From NCBI GenBank assembly GCA_020059585.1, contig JAGVBU010000004.1, positions 16,835-80,834 on the forward strand: a stretch of 64,000 bases of DNA. The letters run 5' to 3'. Below, piece by piece: positions 49,384 to 57,894 of the stretch. The translations under genes were made by a program, and so were the position numbers. Position 1 is the first letter of the stretch. Every line of letters starts with the position of its first letter. Under the pieces are notes generated by a model that did not search any database, had not been told where the DNA came from, and worked only from the letters and a program-made list of their open reading frames with translations. This DNA is from Minisyncoccota bacterium (GTDB lineage: Bacteria > Patescibacteriota > Minisyncoccia > UBA6257 > GWB1-50-10).

Positions 49384-50076
49384 GTGGCGGATGAATTTGG
49401 AGGTATTGAAAAGAGGATAGGGTTTTCCTTCTCGGATAAGGATATTCTCAGAGAGGCGCTCACGCACCGCTCGTTTTTGAACGAGCATCAGGAGTGGACC
49501 GTGCCTCATAATGAGAGGCTCGAATATTTGGGTGACGCGGTTATTGAACTCATTGTGACCGAATATCTTTATCAAAAATATCCGATGAGTCAGGAGGGAG
49601 AACTTACCAGTTTTCGCGCGGCGCTCGTAAATTATCAGATGATGGCAAAAGTTGCGCGAGAGATTCTTCTTGATCAGTCTCTTTTTCTTTCGCGCGGAGA
49701 ATCACGCGACGTCGGAAAGGCTCGCGACGTGATTCTCGCGAACGCGTTTGAGGCGCTTATAGGGGCGATTTATCTTGACGGAAAATATAGCGCTGCCGCG
49801 GAGTTCGTGGAACGCACGCTCGTTTCGCATCTTGGAACGATTCTTGAGTCAAAATCATACAAGGATCCAAAAAGTTATCTTCAGGAAATTGTGCAAGAAA
49901 AAGAAAGGTTGACGCCTACCTATCGCGTACTTTCCGAATCGGGCCCCGATCACCGTAAAAATTTTATCGTGGGGGTATTCTTTGGCGATCGATGTGTCAC
50001 GCAGGGAGAGGGTACCTCAAAGCAGGAAGCGGAAAGCAGTGCGGCGCGCGCTGCTCTTGAAATGCTCGAGAAATAA
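49384..50076 (+). CDS. rnc: ribonuclease III
   Basis: ERLEYLGDAVIEL signature and a C-terminal dsRBD; GTG start. Confidence 0.85.
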   Translation: MADEFGGIEKRIGFSFSDKDILREALTHRSFLNEHQEWTVPHNERLEYLGDAVIELIVTEYLYQKYPMSQEGELTSFRAALVNYQMMAKVAREILLDQSLFLSRGESRDVGKARDVILANAFEALIGAIYLDGKYSAAAEFVERTLVSHLGTILESKSYKDPKSYLQEIVQEKERLTPTYRVLSESGPDHRKNFIVGVFFGDRCVTQGEGTSKQEAESSAARAALEMLEK

Positions 50077-50081
50077 AATAT

Positions 50082-52262
50082 ATGGCTTTTTTAAAAGGGC
50101 TCGAACTTCATGGATTCAAATCATTTGCGGGAAAAACCGTTCTTGATTTTCCTTCTCGGGTAGTTTCGATTGTTGGTCCAAATGGATCCGGAAAATCGAA
50201 CGTGATTGACGCGCTCCGATGGGTTCTTGGAGAACGTGAAGCGAAACAGCTCCGTGGCGCGACGCTTGAGAATCTTATTTTCGCGGGAACGCCAAAGCGC
50301 GCCGCGGTCGGCGTCGCGAAAGTGGGGCTTATTTTTGATAACAGTGACAGGACTTTTGCCATTGAAGCAAATGAAGTGGTGCTTGAACGAAGAGTGGATC
50401 GATCGGGAGTATCTCAATTTTTTATAAACGGAGACGAACTACGTCTTAAAGATCTTATTCCCATGCTTGCGCGCGCGAAACTCGGTGCGCGTGGCCTTAC
50501 GATGATAGGGCAGGGGCAAAGTGACGTGTTTGTTCAGAGTTCTCCTGATGATAGGAGAATGATGATTGAGGAGGTTCTTGGGCTTAAGGAATTTAGGATA
50601 AAAAAGGCTCAGGCGGAACGAAGACTCGATACAAGCAGGACGAATATGGATAAGGTTCAGGCGATGCTCGAGGAATTGCTCCCGCATCTTCGATTACTAC
50701 GAAGGCAAAAACATCGGTGGGACAGGAGAAGTGAGATAGAAACAGAACTCAGGGATTCAGAAAACAAGTTCTTTTCATATCGCTATCATGAATTACAAAA
50801 AGAATTTTCATTACTTCAGAACCCCTCTGAGAGTCTTGTAACGAAGAAGGGTAGGGTGGAAAAAGATATCGCGGCGCTTGAAGAAAAAATAAAAGAGACG
50901 GGAGCCGTTGCGGAGCGTGCCGACCGATCTCGTGAGGTGCGTGACAGGATCACCGAGCTTTTCAGAAAAAAAACATTACTCGGAGCGGAAATCGCCAAGC
51001 TTGAGGTGAAAATCGAATTCGAAGGAAAAAGCGCGGCGCAATCGAATATCGACATGACCGCGCTGTACGAGGTTGCGGGAGCGCTGAAAGATGAATTTGA
51101 TCACGCCCTCTCATGGTCAGATATAGAAAAAATAAAGGGAGCTATTCGCGCGTGGTCAGAAAAACTTTCAAAGTTTTTTGCAAAAAAAACCAATACAGAA
51201 CCGATAGCGTTTGAAAATGAGAAAAAGCGGAAGGACGCGGAAGCTGCCGCAATTGATATCGAAATAAAAAATCTTCGTGATGAAGAGGAAAATATTGCGC
51301 GTACGCAAGACGAAGCGAATAAGGAATTCAGAAAACTCATAGAAGAGCTCGAGGAAAAGAAAAATGAAATACGAAAGATCGATCGGGAAGTACAGGAACA
51401 TTCGTTTGCTCGTGAACGTATTGCAATACGAAAAGAAGAACTTGAGAAAGATTGGATTGGTGCGGGAAGAATCATTGACGAGCTTCGTGTTCTTCCGCGC
51501 GTCGAGGATGGAGAGGTTGATATGCAGGGAATCGAACGGCGTATATTCCGCCTCCGTGGAGAACTCGCGGCAATAGGAGAAATAGATGAAAATCTCGTGA
51601 GAGAAGCAAACGAGAGCGAAATACGGTATGAATTTCTAAGTAAAGAACTTGCCGATCTCGAAATGGCGATCGCGGATTTGAGAAAGCTTATTACGGATCT
51701 CGAGGTGCGTATTGGTAATGATTTTAAGGATGCGTTCCGTCTTATTAATGATGAATTTAACAAATATTTCCGCCTTATGTTCGGTGGTGGGAAGGCGCGA
51801 ATGAAGATAGAAAGGAAGAAGAAAATAATAAAAGAAGGAGAGGATATTCCCTCAGAAGAATCGGCAGTCGCGCATGATGTCACGGAAGAGGAAGACGATA
51901 CGGTGGGGGGCGTTGAGATAGAACTCAGCCTTCCGAAAAAGAGAATCACAAATCTCGATATGCTTTCGGGGGGAGAAAAGAGTCTTGTATCAATCGCGGC
52001 GCTTTTTGCGCTCATCGCGGTGAGTCCGCCCCCGTTTCTTGTACTTGATGAGGTGGATGCTCCTCTTGATGAATCGAATGCGCGCAGATTTGCCGATCTT
52101 GTAAAGGAATTTTCAACGAAAACACAATTTATCATCGTGACTCATAACCGCGCCACAATGGAGGCCGCAGACGCGCTTTATGGAGTGACGATGGCCGATG
52201 ATGGCGTTTCGAAAATACTTTCTCTTAAATTTGAAGAAATACGCGATACCACCGCTTCATAA
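50082..52262 (+). CDS. SMC-family ATPase, short hinge-less form (726 aa)
   Basis: N-terminal Walker A FPSRVVSIVGPNGSGKSN; C-terminal signature LSGGEKSLVSIA and Walker B FLVLDEVDAPLD. Only ~360 aa of coiled coil between the heads and no recognisable hinge. Sits in the canonical rnc-smc position. Confidence 0.7.
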   Translation: MAFLKGLELHGFKSFAGKTVLDFPSRVVSIVGPNGSGKSNVIDALRWVLGEREAKQLRGATLENLIFAGTPKRAAVGVAKVGLIFDNSDRTFAIEANEVVLERRVDRSGVSQFFINGDELRLKDLIPMLARAKLGARGLTMIGQGQSDVFVQSSPDDRRMMIEEVLGLKEFRIKKAQAERRLDTSRTNMDKVQAMLEELLPHLRLLRRQKHRWDRRSEIETELRDSENKFFSYRYHELQKEFSLLQNPSESLVTKKGRVEKDIAALEEKIKETGAVAERADRSREVRDRITELFRKKTLLGAEIAKLEVKIEFEGKSAAQSNIDMTALYEVAGALKDEFDHALSWSDIEKIKGAIRAWSEKLSKFFAKKTNTEPIAFENEKKRKDAEAAAIDIEIKNLRDEEENIARTQDEANKEFRKLIEELEEKKNEIRKIDREVQEHSFARERIAIRKEELEKDWIGAGRIIDELRVLPRVEDGEVDMQGIERRIFRLRGELAAIGEIDENLVREANESEIRYEFLSKELADLEMAIADLRKLITDLEVRIGNDFKDAFRLINDEFNKYFRLMFGGGKARMKIERKKKIIKEGEDIPSEESAVAHDVTEEEDDTVGGVEIELSLPKKRITNLDMLSGGEKSLVSIAALFALIAVSPPPFLVLDEVDAPLDESNARRFADLVKEFSTKTQFIIVTHNRATMEAADALYGVTMADDGVSKILSLKFEEIRDTTAS

Positions 52263-52297
52263 TTGATTGTGTGGTATATTCGCATTTTGGCGCAGAG

Positions 52298-52326
52298 TTG
52301 ACCCACCCTCTTATTTCGTATATCAT
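52298..52326 (+). promoter_or_regulatory. candidate sigma70-type promoter for rpsP (TTGACC-N17-TATCAT)
   Basis: -35 TTGACC at 52298..52303 and -10 TATCAT at 52321..52326, 20 nt upstream of the rpsP ATG. Confidence 0.35.
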
Positions 52327-52346
52327 ACCTTGTGAAATAACCTTAT

Positions 52347-52640
52347 ATGCTCGCTATAAAACTAAAACCTGTTGGGAAGAAGCATCAGAAAACCTATCGC
52401 GTGGTGGTCGCTGAAAAGCGCTCAAAACTTGACGGAAGATTTGTTGCTGATCTTGGATGGGTGAACCCTCATGCTGATACCCACCATATTGATGGTGAGA
52501 AGGTAACCGAATGGATTAAGAACGGCGCGCAGCCGACACCAAGCGTACATAATCTTCTCGTGAAGGCGGGGATTATCAACGCGCCGAAAATACCAGTGCA
52601 TTCTGTTGCGAAGAAGAAAAAGGAGGAGGGTGCCGCATAG
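52347..52640 (+). CDS. rpsP: ribosomal protein S16
   Basis: MLAIKLKPVGKKHQKTYRVVVAEKRSKLDGRF... Confidence 0.9.
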   Translation: MLAIKLKPVGKKHQKTYRVVVAEKRSKLDGRFVADLGWVNPHADTHHIDGEKVTEWIKNGAQPTPSVHNLLVKAGIINAPKIPVHSVAKKKKEEGAA

Positions 52641-52724
52641 CGTATTCATTCGTGGATAACGCTTTTACTAAAGCAAAAGAAGAGACAAAGGTCGAATGAA
52701 AATCATTTTTAAAGAGAAGAAAGT

Positions 52725-53006
52725 ATGTCAAACGTTCCCGATAAAGAATTTCTTGAATTTCTCGTAAAGTCCATCGTTGATCATTCTGATGATGTGAAAG
52801 TTGATCGGAAAGTTGATGAGATGGGGGTTCTGCTTTCACTCAGAGTGAATCCGCAGGATATGGGTCAGGTGGTTGGACGCCAAGGCGCAACGGCAAAGGC
52901 GATCCGCTCTCTTCTTCGTATTGTGGGCATTAAGAATAATGCTCGCGTCAATCTCAAGATTGAGGAGCCAGAGGGATCAACCCGCGGAATTTCTCACGGA
53001 GAATAA
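52725..53006 (+). CDS. KH-domain RNA-binding protein (UPF0109/YlqC-like)
   Basis: GxxG loop VVGRQGATAKAIR; conserved position between rpsP and trmD. Confidence 0.7.
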   Translation: MSNVPDKEFLEFLVKSIVDHSDDVKVDRKVDEMGVLLSLRVNPQDMGQVVGRQGATAKAIRSLLRIVGIKNNARVNLKIEEPEGSTRGISHGE

Positions 53007-53022
53007 CTTTGTCTTTCTTGAA

Positions 53023-53059
53023 AAACCCTCCGCATTTATGCGGAGGGTTTTGTTTTTTT
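53023..53059 (+). terminator. rho-independent terminator
   Basis: AACCCTCCGCA-TTTATG-CGGAGGGTT stem followed by TTGTTTTTTT. Confidence 0.55.
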
Positions 53060-53079
53060 CATGATACAATAATACTGAT

Positions 53080-53742
53080 ATGCGCATACAATTCATAACG
53101 CTTTTTCCCGAAGCATTTATATCATATCTTGGAGAATCAATAATAAAGCGCGCGCAGAAAAAAAAACTTGTTTCTTTTCGGTCTATTAATCCTCGTGATT
53201 TCACGGAGGATCCCCATCATACGGTTGACGGGACGCCGTATGGAGGCGGTCCGGGAATGGTATTGAAGATTGAACCCATATGGAAAGCGGTGCGTCACGC
53301 GCTAAAGGGAAGCGCCAGAAAGAAAAAGAGAGTAGTGCTTTTCTCATTGCGCGGAAAAATTTTCACTCAGGCTGTGGCGCGGAGGCTTTCAAAATATGAC
53401 GAACTTGTTTTTATCTGCGGACGCTATGAGGGAATTGATGAGAGGGTTGCTGAGGTAATTGCCGATGAAGAAATATCGATAGGCGATTTTGTGCTTTCAG
53501 GAGGAGAGCTCCCTGCGCTTGTGGTTGCCGAAGCGGTGATACGCCACATCCCCGGTGTACTTGGGAAAAAAGAGTCACTTGAGGAGACGAAAGGATCATA
53601 TCCGGTATATACTCGCCCTCCCGAGTTTGAAATAATAAAAAACAAGAGAAAAAAGAAGTGTAAGGTTCCTGAGGAGCTTTTGAGCGGAAATCATAAACGC
53701 ATACACGAATGGAGAGTATTTCACGGAAAGAAGAGGGAGTAG
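53080..53742 (+). CDS. trmD: tRNA (guanine37-N1)-methyltransferase
   Basis: MRIQFITLFPE...; SPOUT knot motifs (GRYEGIDER, SIGDFVLSGGE). Confidence 0.9.
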   Translation: MRIQFITLFPEAFISYLGESIIKRAQKKKLVSFRSINPRDFTEDPHHTVDGTPYGGGPGMVLKIEPIWKAVRHALKGSARKKKRVVLFSLRGKIFTQAVARRLSKYDELVFICGRYEGIDERVAEVIADEEISIGDFVLSGGELPALVVAEAVIRHIPGVLGKKESLEETKGSYPVYTRPPEFEIIKNKRKKKCKVPEELLSGNHKRIHEWRVFHGKKRE

Positions 53743-53796
53743 CGCGCCCTGCGTTTTGACTTTCTTTTTGTTTTTGAGTACTATAGAGAAGCATTT

Positions 53797-54552
53797 TTGC
53801 GTATGGTAAACAAAATAATCAGCGAAGAGTTGGTAAAAGAGATGGTTCAGAATGGTGTTGTGTTAGGACACAAGAAGTCGAAAACACACCCGAAAATGAA
53901 GCCGTTTATTACCGGCAATCGCAACGAAATAGAAATATTAAATCCGGCAGCGACGTGGGATAGTCTTGAATCGGCAATCAATTTCCTGAGAGAAAAAATA
54001 TCAAAAGGAGGGCTTATTCTTTTTGTCGCGACAAAACCGGCGGCAAAGGCGGTAGTAAAAAGTTTTGCCGATGAATTCAAGTATCCTTTTGTGGGAGGAC
54101 GGTGGCTTGGAGGAACACTCACAAATTTTTCCGTAATTAAGGGACGTATTACGCATTTTGAGAGTCTTCGGGATAGGAAAGAGAAGGGAGAACTCTTAAA
54201 ATATACAAAAAAGGAACAGCGCGAATTTGATAAGGAGATAGGAAAGCTTTCGCAGAATTTTCTCGGACTTCTTCCTATGAAAAAAGTTCCGGATGTACTT
54301 TTTGTAGTTGACGCCGAATCGCACACAACCGCGATTAAGGAAGCAAAGATACTTGGTATTCCTGTGGTTGCGATACTCGACACAAATGACGATCCTTCAA
54401 AGATATCAAATCCCATATACGCAAGCGATCACAGCAGACAGAGCGTAGAATGGATAATGAACCAGATTAAGGGAGCGATTAAGCCGCTTTTGCCGCGGGG
54501 ATACGTGTTTCATGATGCCCGCGAGGCGAAAGTAATAAAAGGTAATTTATAA
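53797..54552 (+). CDS. rpsB: ribosomal protein S2
   Basis: ...GVVLGHKKSKTHPKMKPFI... and ...VDAESHTTAIKEAKILGIPVVAILDTN... Confidence 0.9.
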   Translation: MRMVNKIISEELVKEMVQNGVVLGHKKSKTHPKMKPFITGNRNEIEILNPAATWDSLESAINFLREKISKGGLILFVATKPAAKAVVKSFADEFKYPFVGGRWLGGTLTNFSVIKGRITHFESLRDRKEKGELLKYTKKEQREFDKEIGKLSQNFLGLLPMKKVPDVLFVVDAESHTTAIKEAKILGIPVVAILDTNDDPSKISNPIYASDHSRQSVEWIMNQIKGAIKPLLPRGYVFHDAREAKVIKGNL

Positions 54553-54563
54553 AATAAAACACT

Positions 54564-55004
54564 ATGAACGCCGATATTGTAAAATTGCGTGAAGAAACTG
54601 GCGCGGGAGTGATGGAGTGCAAGCGAGCGCTTGAGGAAGCAAAAGGGGATTTTAACGCCGCCGTTGAGTATATCCGTGTCGCGGGCGTGGCGCGTGCCGA
54701 AAAAAAGAAAGACAGGAAAACTGGCGCGGGATTTCTTTACTCCTACATTCACAATAATCGCGTGGGAGTGCTTCTCGAAGTGCGATGCGAGACCGATTTC
54801 GTGGCAAAGTCCGATCCTTTTCAGGAGCTCGTTAAGAATCTCGGATTTCAGATTGCCGCGATAGAGTCACATGATGTTGCAGAGGTGCTCGAACAGCCAT
54901 TTGTGAAGGATGAAAAAATGACAATCAAGGGGCTTATAGATCAGACGATTGCGAAAGTTGGGGAAAATATACAGATTGAGCGTTTTGCTCGGTTTGAAAT
55001 TTAA
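54564..55004 (+). CDS. tsf: elongation factor Ts, very short form (146 aa)
   Basis: N-terminal UBA-like LREETGAGVMECKRALEEAKGDFNAAVEYIR and a core fragment ...VLLEVRCETDFVAKSD... Located after rpsB. Confidence 0.75.
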   Translation: MNADIVKLREETGAGVMECKRALEEAKGDFNAAVEYIRVAGVARAEKKKDRKTGAGFLYSYIHNNRVGVLLEVRCETDFVAKSDPFQELVKNLGFQIAAIESHDVAEVLEQPFVKDEKMTIKGLIDQTIAKVGENIQIERFARFEI

Positions 55005-55015
55005 TCCACGGACCA

Positions 55016-55378
55016 ATGTCCATGCTGAAATTCCTTCTTGAGATTGTGATTGTGTGCGCGTTTGGCGTGGTTGTATATCTTTTTACGCGCATGCTTCCTC
55101 GCATTGACGATGCGCACATTGCCTCGAAGGAAGAAAAGATGAAAGGGGACGCGCTTTCGGTGTATCTTGAAAAGATCGACGAATGGCTCACGATTATGTT
55201 TGAAAAGTTTCTAAGAAGGGTAAAGGTGTGGATACTGAGACTCGACAATCTTGTAAATGAACAGCTGAACAAGTTTAAAAAGGAACCCCAAAAAAAGAGA
55301 CAATTTACCGAAGAGAATGAGCATGGAAAAGATGAAGACGAAAAAGACGGAGAGGGGAAGGATAGCGACGAGGATTAA
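55016..55378 (+). CDS. small hypothetical membrane protein with acidic C-terminal tail
   Basis: One N-terminal TM; C-terminal KDEDEKDGEGKDSDED. Confidence 0.35.
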   Translation: MSMLKFLLEIVIVCAFGVVVYLFTRMLPRIDDAHIASKEEKMKGDALSVYLEKIDEWLTIMFEKFLRRVKVWILRLDNLVNEQLNKFKKEPQKKRQFTEENEHGKDEDEKDGEGKDSDED

Positions 55379-55844
55379 AACTCTGATAGAAATATCGGAG
55401 TTTTTGTATCCTATATTAGAACCGAGAGTTATAGAAAATAGTATTATACTCTGCTATACTATAATTGTGAACACAAAGGAACGCGGAGATATTGCTGTTG
55501 GAGAGGGAATAAATTTTTTCTTGAAAAATGGATACGAGGTATCCTTACCTATAGGGGACAAGAGACATTATGATTTTCTTGTTGAAAAGGAAGGAAAAAT
55601 ATATCGGGTGCAGGTAAAATACGCGGGTATACAGAAAGCAAAGGGTCAGTGTAGAGTTGGACTCAGAATCACGGGTGGAAATCAATCATTTCATTACGCA
55701 AAAAAATATACAAAAGATGCGTTTGATCTTCTTTTTGTATATACGGAACGAGGGGAAAAATTCATTCTTCCGTGGAAGGAAGTGACATGTAGAAACGAAA
55801 TTACTATTGAAAATAATAAATATAAAGTGTATAAATTGAGTTAG
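55317..55844 (+). CDS. PD-(D/E)xK nuclease, archaeal Hjc Holliday-junction-resolvase-like
   Basis: Core ...KERGDIAVGEGINFFLKNGYEVSLP...YDFLVEKEGKIYRVQVKY... fits the E-(D)-ExK pattern and spacing of Hjc-type resolvases. Start uncertain because it overlaps the upstream ORF. Confidence 0.45.
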   Translation: MSMEKMKTKKTERGRIATRIKTLIEISEFLYPILEPRVIENSIILCYTIIVNTKERGDIAVGEGINFFLKNGYEVSLPIGDKRHYDFLVEKEGKIYRVQVKYAGIQKAKGQCRVGLRITGGNQSFHYAKKYTKDAFDLLFVYTERGEKFILPWKEVTCRNEITIENNKYKVYKLS

Positions 55845-55849
55845 TGATT

Positions 55850-55933
55850 GCGCAGGTGGCAGAGCGGTCAATTGCATTAGACTGTAAATCTAACGCCTCT
55901 ACGGCTACGGAGGTTCGAATCCTCCCCTGCGCA
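55850..55933 (+). tRNA. tRNA-Tyr (anticodon GUA), long variable arm
   Basis: GCGCAGGTGGCAGAGCGGTCAATTGCATTAGACTGTAAATCTAACGCCTCTACGGCTACGGAGGTTCGAATCCTCCCCTGCGCA. 7-bp acceptor, anticodon stem TTAGA/TCTAA; CCA not encoded. Confidence 0.85.
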
Positions 55934-55940
55934 CTAAAAT

Positions 55941-55975
55941 ATCAAAAAACAGGATTACTCCTGTTTTTTGATATC
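55941..55975. terminator. bidirectional terminator after tRNA-Tyr (16-bp perfect inverted repeat)
   Basis: ATATCAAAAAACAGGA-TTAC-TCCTGTTTTTTGATAT. Confidence 0.55.
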
Positions 55976-55997
55976 TCTGTGTTTGTGCGCAGAGCAA

Positions 55998-56400
55998 CAT
56001 AACTGCTTGTGTTGCGGGGAGGATTCGAAGGTCGGAGCGATGTGCGTGCAGCAGCACGCACCGCGAGACCGCGGCTAGAAAAAGTTTTGCGACGGCAAAA
56101 CTTTATTCGGAGCCGAATCCTCAGGTAGACGAGCCGGTGCCCAGACCGGAACGATTCGACGGAATCGTTCCGAGTCGAGGGCGAATCCTTAGTGCTTGTG
56201 TTGCGGGGAGGATTCGAAGCGCGCAGCCATACGCATCCAACAGGATGCGTGGCCTGTCTGCCGCAGGTAGACGAGCGGCGGCCTGCGAGTCCGACGAGTG
56301 ACGACGAGGAGGAACTTGTAGGCGAATCCTCTCTGTATTTACGTTACGGCAAAACTTTATTCGGAGCCGAATCCGCAGGTAGACGAGCGGCGGCCTTATT
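55998..56400. repeat. GC-rich, hairpin-dense repeat region with tRNA T-arm-like motifs (possible structured ncRNA or integration scar)
   Basis: Repeated 27-mer TGCTTGTGTTGCGGGGAGGATTCGAAG (56004, 56193). Repeated GGCAAAACTTTATTCGGAGCCGAATCC (56094, 56348). CAGGTAGACGAGC three times (56123, 56264, 56376). Multiple perfect palindromes. GC content is far above the window average. Confidence 0.5.
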
Positions 56401-56442
56401 TCCTCATTTACTCCACCTTATTTTCTGTGGTATATTTTTTGC

Positions 56443-57858
56443 ATGGAAAGAATTCTCACTAAAGACATTGGTCAGTATGAGGGTAAGGAAGTCGAGCTCA
56501 AGGGCTGGGTTGACGTGCGACGCGATCATGGAAAACTCATCTTCATTGATCTGCGTGACCGGACCGGCATCGCGCAGGTAGTATTTCTTCCTAATAACAA
56601 GGAGGTGAAGGAGATTGCCGAAACGCTCCGCTCCGAATGGGTGATACGCGTGAAAGGTGTCGTCGGAAATCGTCCTCAGGGAATGATAAACGAGAAGATT
56701 CCGAGCGGCGCGCATGAAGTTGCGGCGACCGAACTTGAGGTCATTACACAGGCAAAAACGCCTCCATTTGATATTCAGAGCGACGGAAAGGAGATTGGGG
56801 AGGATATTCGCATGAAATACCGCTATCTTGACCTTCGTCGTCCCCGCATGCAGAAAAATATGAGAATGCGCGCGAAGATAAACCAGTATATAAGAGACTT
56901 TCTTTCTGCCCGCGATTTCGCGGAGATAGAGACTCCCTATATCAGTAAATCAACGCCGGAGGGCGCGCGGGATTATCTTGTGCCCTCGAGGGTGTATGAG
57001 GGAAAATTCTACGCGCTTCCGCAGTCTCCTCAGCAGTATAAGCAGCTTCTCATGGTTGCGGGAATCGAGCGGTATTTCCAGATCGTACGCTGTTTCCGCG
57101 ATGAGGATACGCGGGGCGATCGCCAGCCCGAATTTACTCAGCTTGATATTGAGATGAGTTTCCCGACGCAGGAAGAAATTCTCTCGCTCATCGAAGATTT
57201 GTACGTTGGCATTATGAAGGATCTCTATCCGGAAAAACACATCACGCAGGTGCCGTTTCCGCGCATTCCGTATAAGGACGCGATGGAGAAGTATAATTCT
57301 GACAAGCCTGATTTGCGAAAGGATAAAAACGATCCGAACGAACTTGCATTTACGTTCATTGTTGATTTCCCCGCATTCGAGTGGAAGGAAACGGAAAAAC
57401 GATGGGACGCGGTGCACCATCCGTTCACAAAACCAAAAGTGTCGCACGTCGCGGATTTTAACGAAAAATTCGCGAAGAGCCCTGGGGACATTCTTGCCGA
57501 GCAGTATGACCTCGCGTTAAACGGATTTGAGATTGCGGGCGGATCAATTCGTATCCACGATTCGGAGCTTCTCGCGAGAGTGTTCGAGGTGATGGGGAAC
57601 AAGCAGGAAGACATTCAGGCGAAATTCGGGCATATGCTCGAGGCTTTTGAATATGGTGTTCCTCCGCATGGAGGTATCGCGTCAGGACTCGACAGAGCGG
57701 TGGCGATTTTGCAGAACGAGCCGAATATCCGCGAGGTTATCGCCTTTGCGAAGACAGGCGACGGAAGGGATCTTATGATGGATTCTCCTTCGGACGTGAC
57801 GGACGAACAACTTAAGGAATTGCATATTGCGGTTGTCAAAAAACAGAAACAGGGATAA
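56443..57858 (+). CDS. aspS: aspartate--tRNA ligase, bacterial type without GAD insertion domain (471 aa)
   Basis: N-terminal OB fold and motifs ...QSPQQYKQLLMVAGIERYFQIVRCFRDED...; C-terminal ...GGSIRIHD... Confidence 0.9.
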   Translation: MERILTKDIGQYEGKEVELKGWVDVRRDHGKLIFIDLRDRTGIAQVVFLPNNKEVKEIAETLRSEWVIRVKGVVGNRPQGMINEKIPSGAHEVAATELEVITQAKTPPFDIQSDGKEIGEDIRMKYRYLDLRRPRMQKNMRMRAKINQYIRDFLSARDFAEIETPYISKSTPEGARDYLVPSRVYEGKFYALPQSPQQYKQLLMVAGIERYFQIVRCFRDEDTRGDRQPEFTQLDIEMSFPTQEEILSLIEDLYVGIMKDLYPEKHITQVPFPRIPYKDAMEKYNSDKPDLRKDKNDPNELAFTFIVDFPAFEWKETEKRWDAVHHPFTKPKVSHVADFNEKFAKSPGDILAEQYDLALNGFEIAGGSIRIHDSELLARVFEVMGNKQEDIQAKFGHMLEAFEYGVPPHGGIASGLDRAVAILQNEPNIREVIAFAKTGDGRDLMMDSPSDVTDEQLKELHIAVVKKQKQG

Positions 57859-57894
57859 TGTATAAAAAGTAAATACACAAAAAAGGACGCATTT

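Noticed and set aside
51101-52135. 344-aa minus-strand Ser-rich ORF
   Set aside because: It is antisense to the SMC coiled-coil region, and the Ser-rich low-complexity sequence is typical of reverse-strand coiled-coil codons.
55998-56400. Possibility that the repeat region is a CRISPR array
   Set aside because: The repeats are of different lengths and families with irregular spacing. There are no uniform repeat-spacer units and no cas genes nearby.
55998-56440. Possibility of a T-box riboswitch leader for aspS or a tmRNA gene
   Set aside because: No T-box consensus (AATTAGGGTGGNACCGCG-like) was found. GGATTCGA-like motifs recall the tmRNA 5' end, but no matching acceptor 3' strand with a CCA-proximal end and no tag-peptide reading frame ending in a stop could be identified. 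The question is left open for covariance-model testing.
56192-56581. 129-aa ORF spanning the GC-rich repeat region into aspS
   Set aside because: The reading frame is produced by GC-rich repeats and runs into the aspS start. There is no start context, and the sequence is Arg/Ala-rich as expected for random GC-rich DNA.
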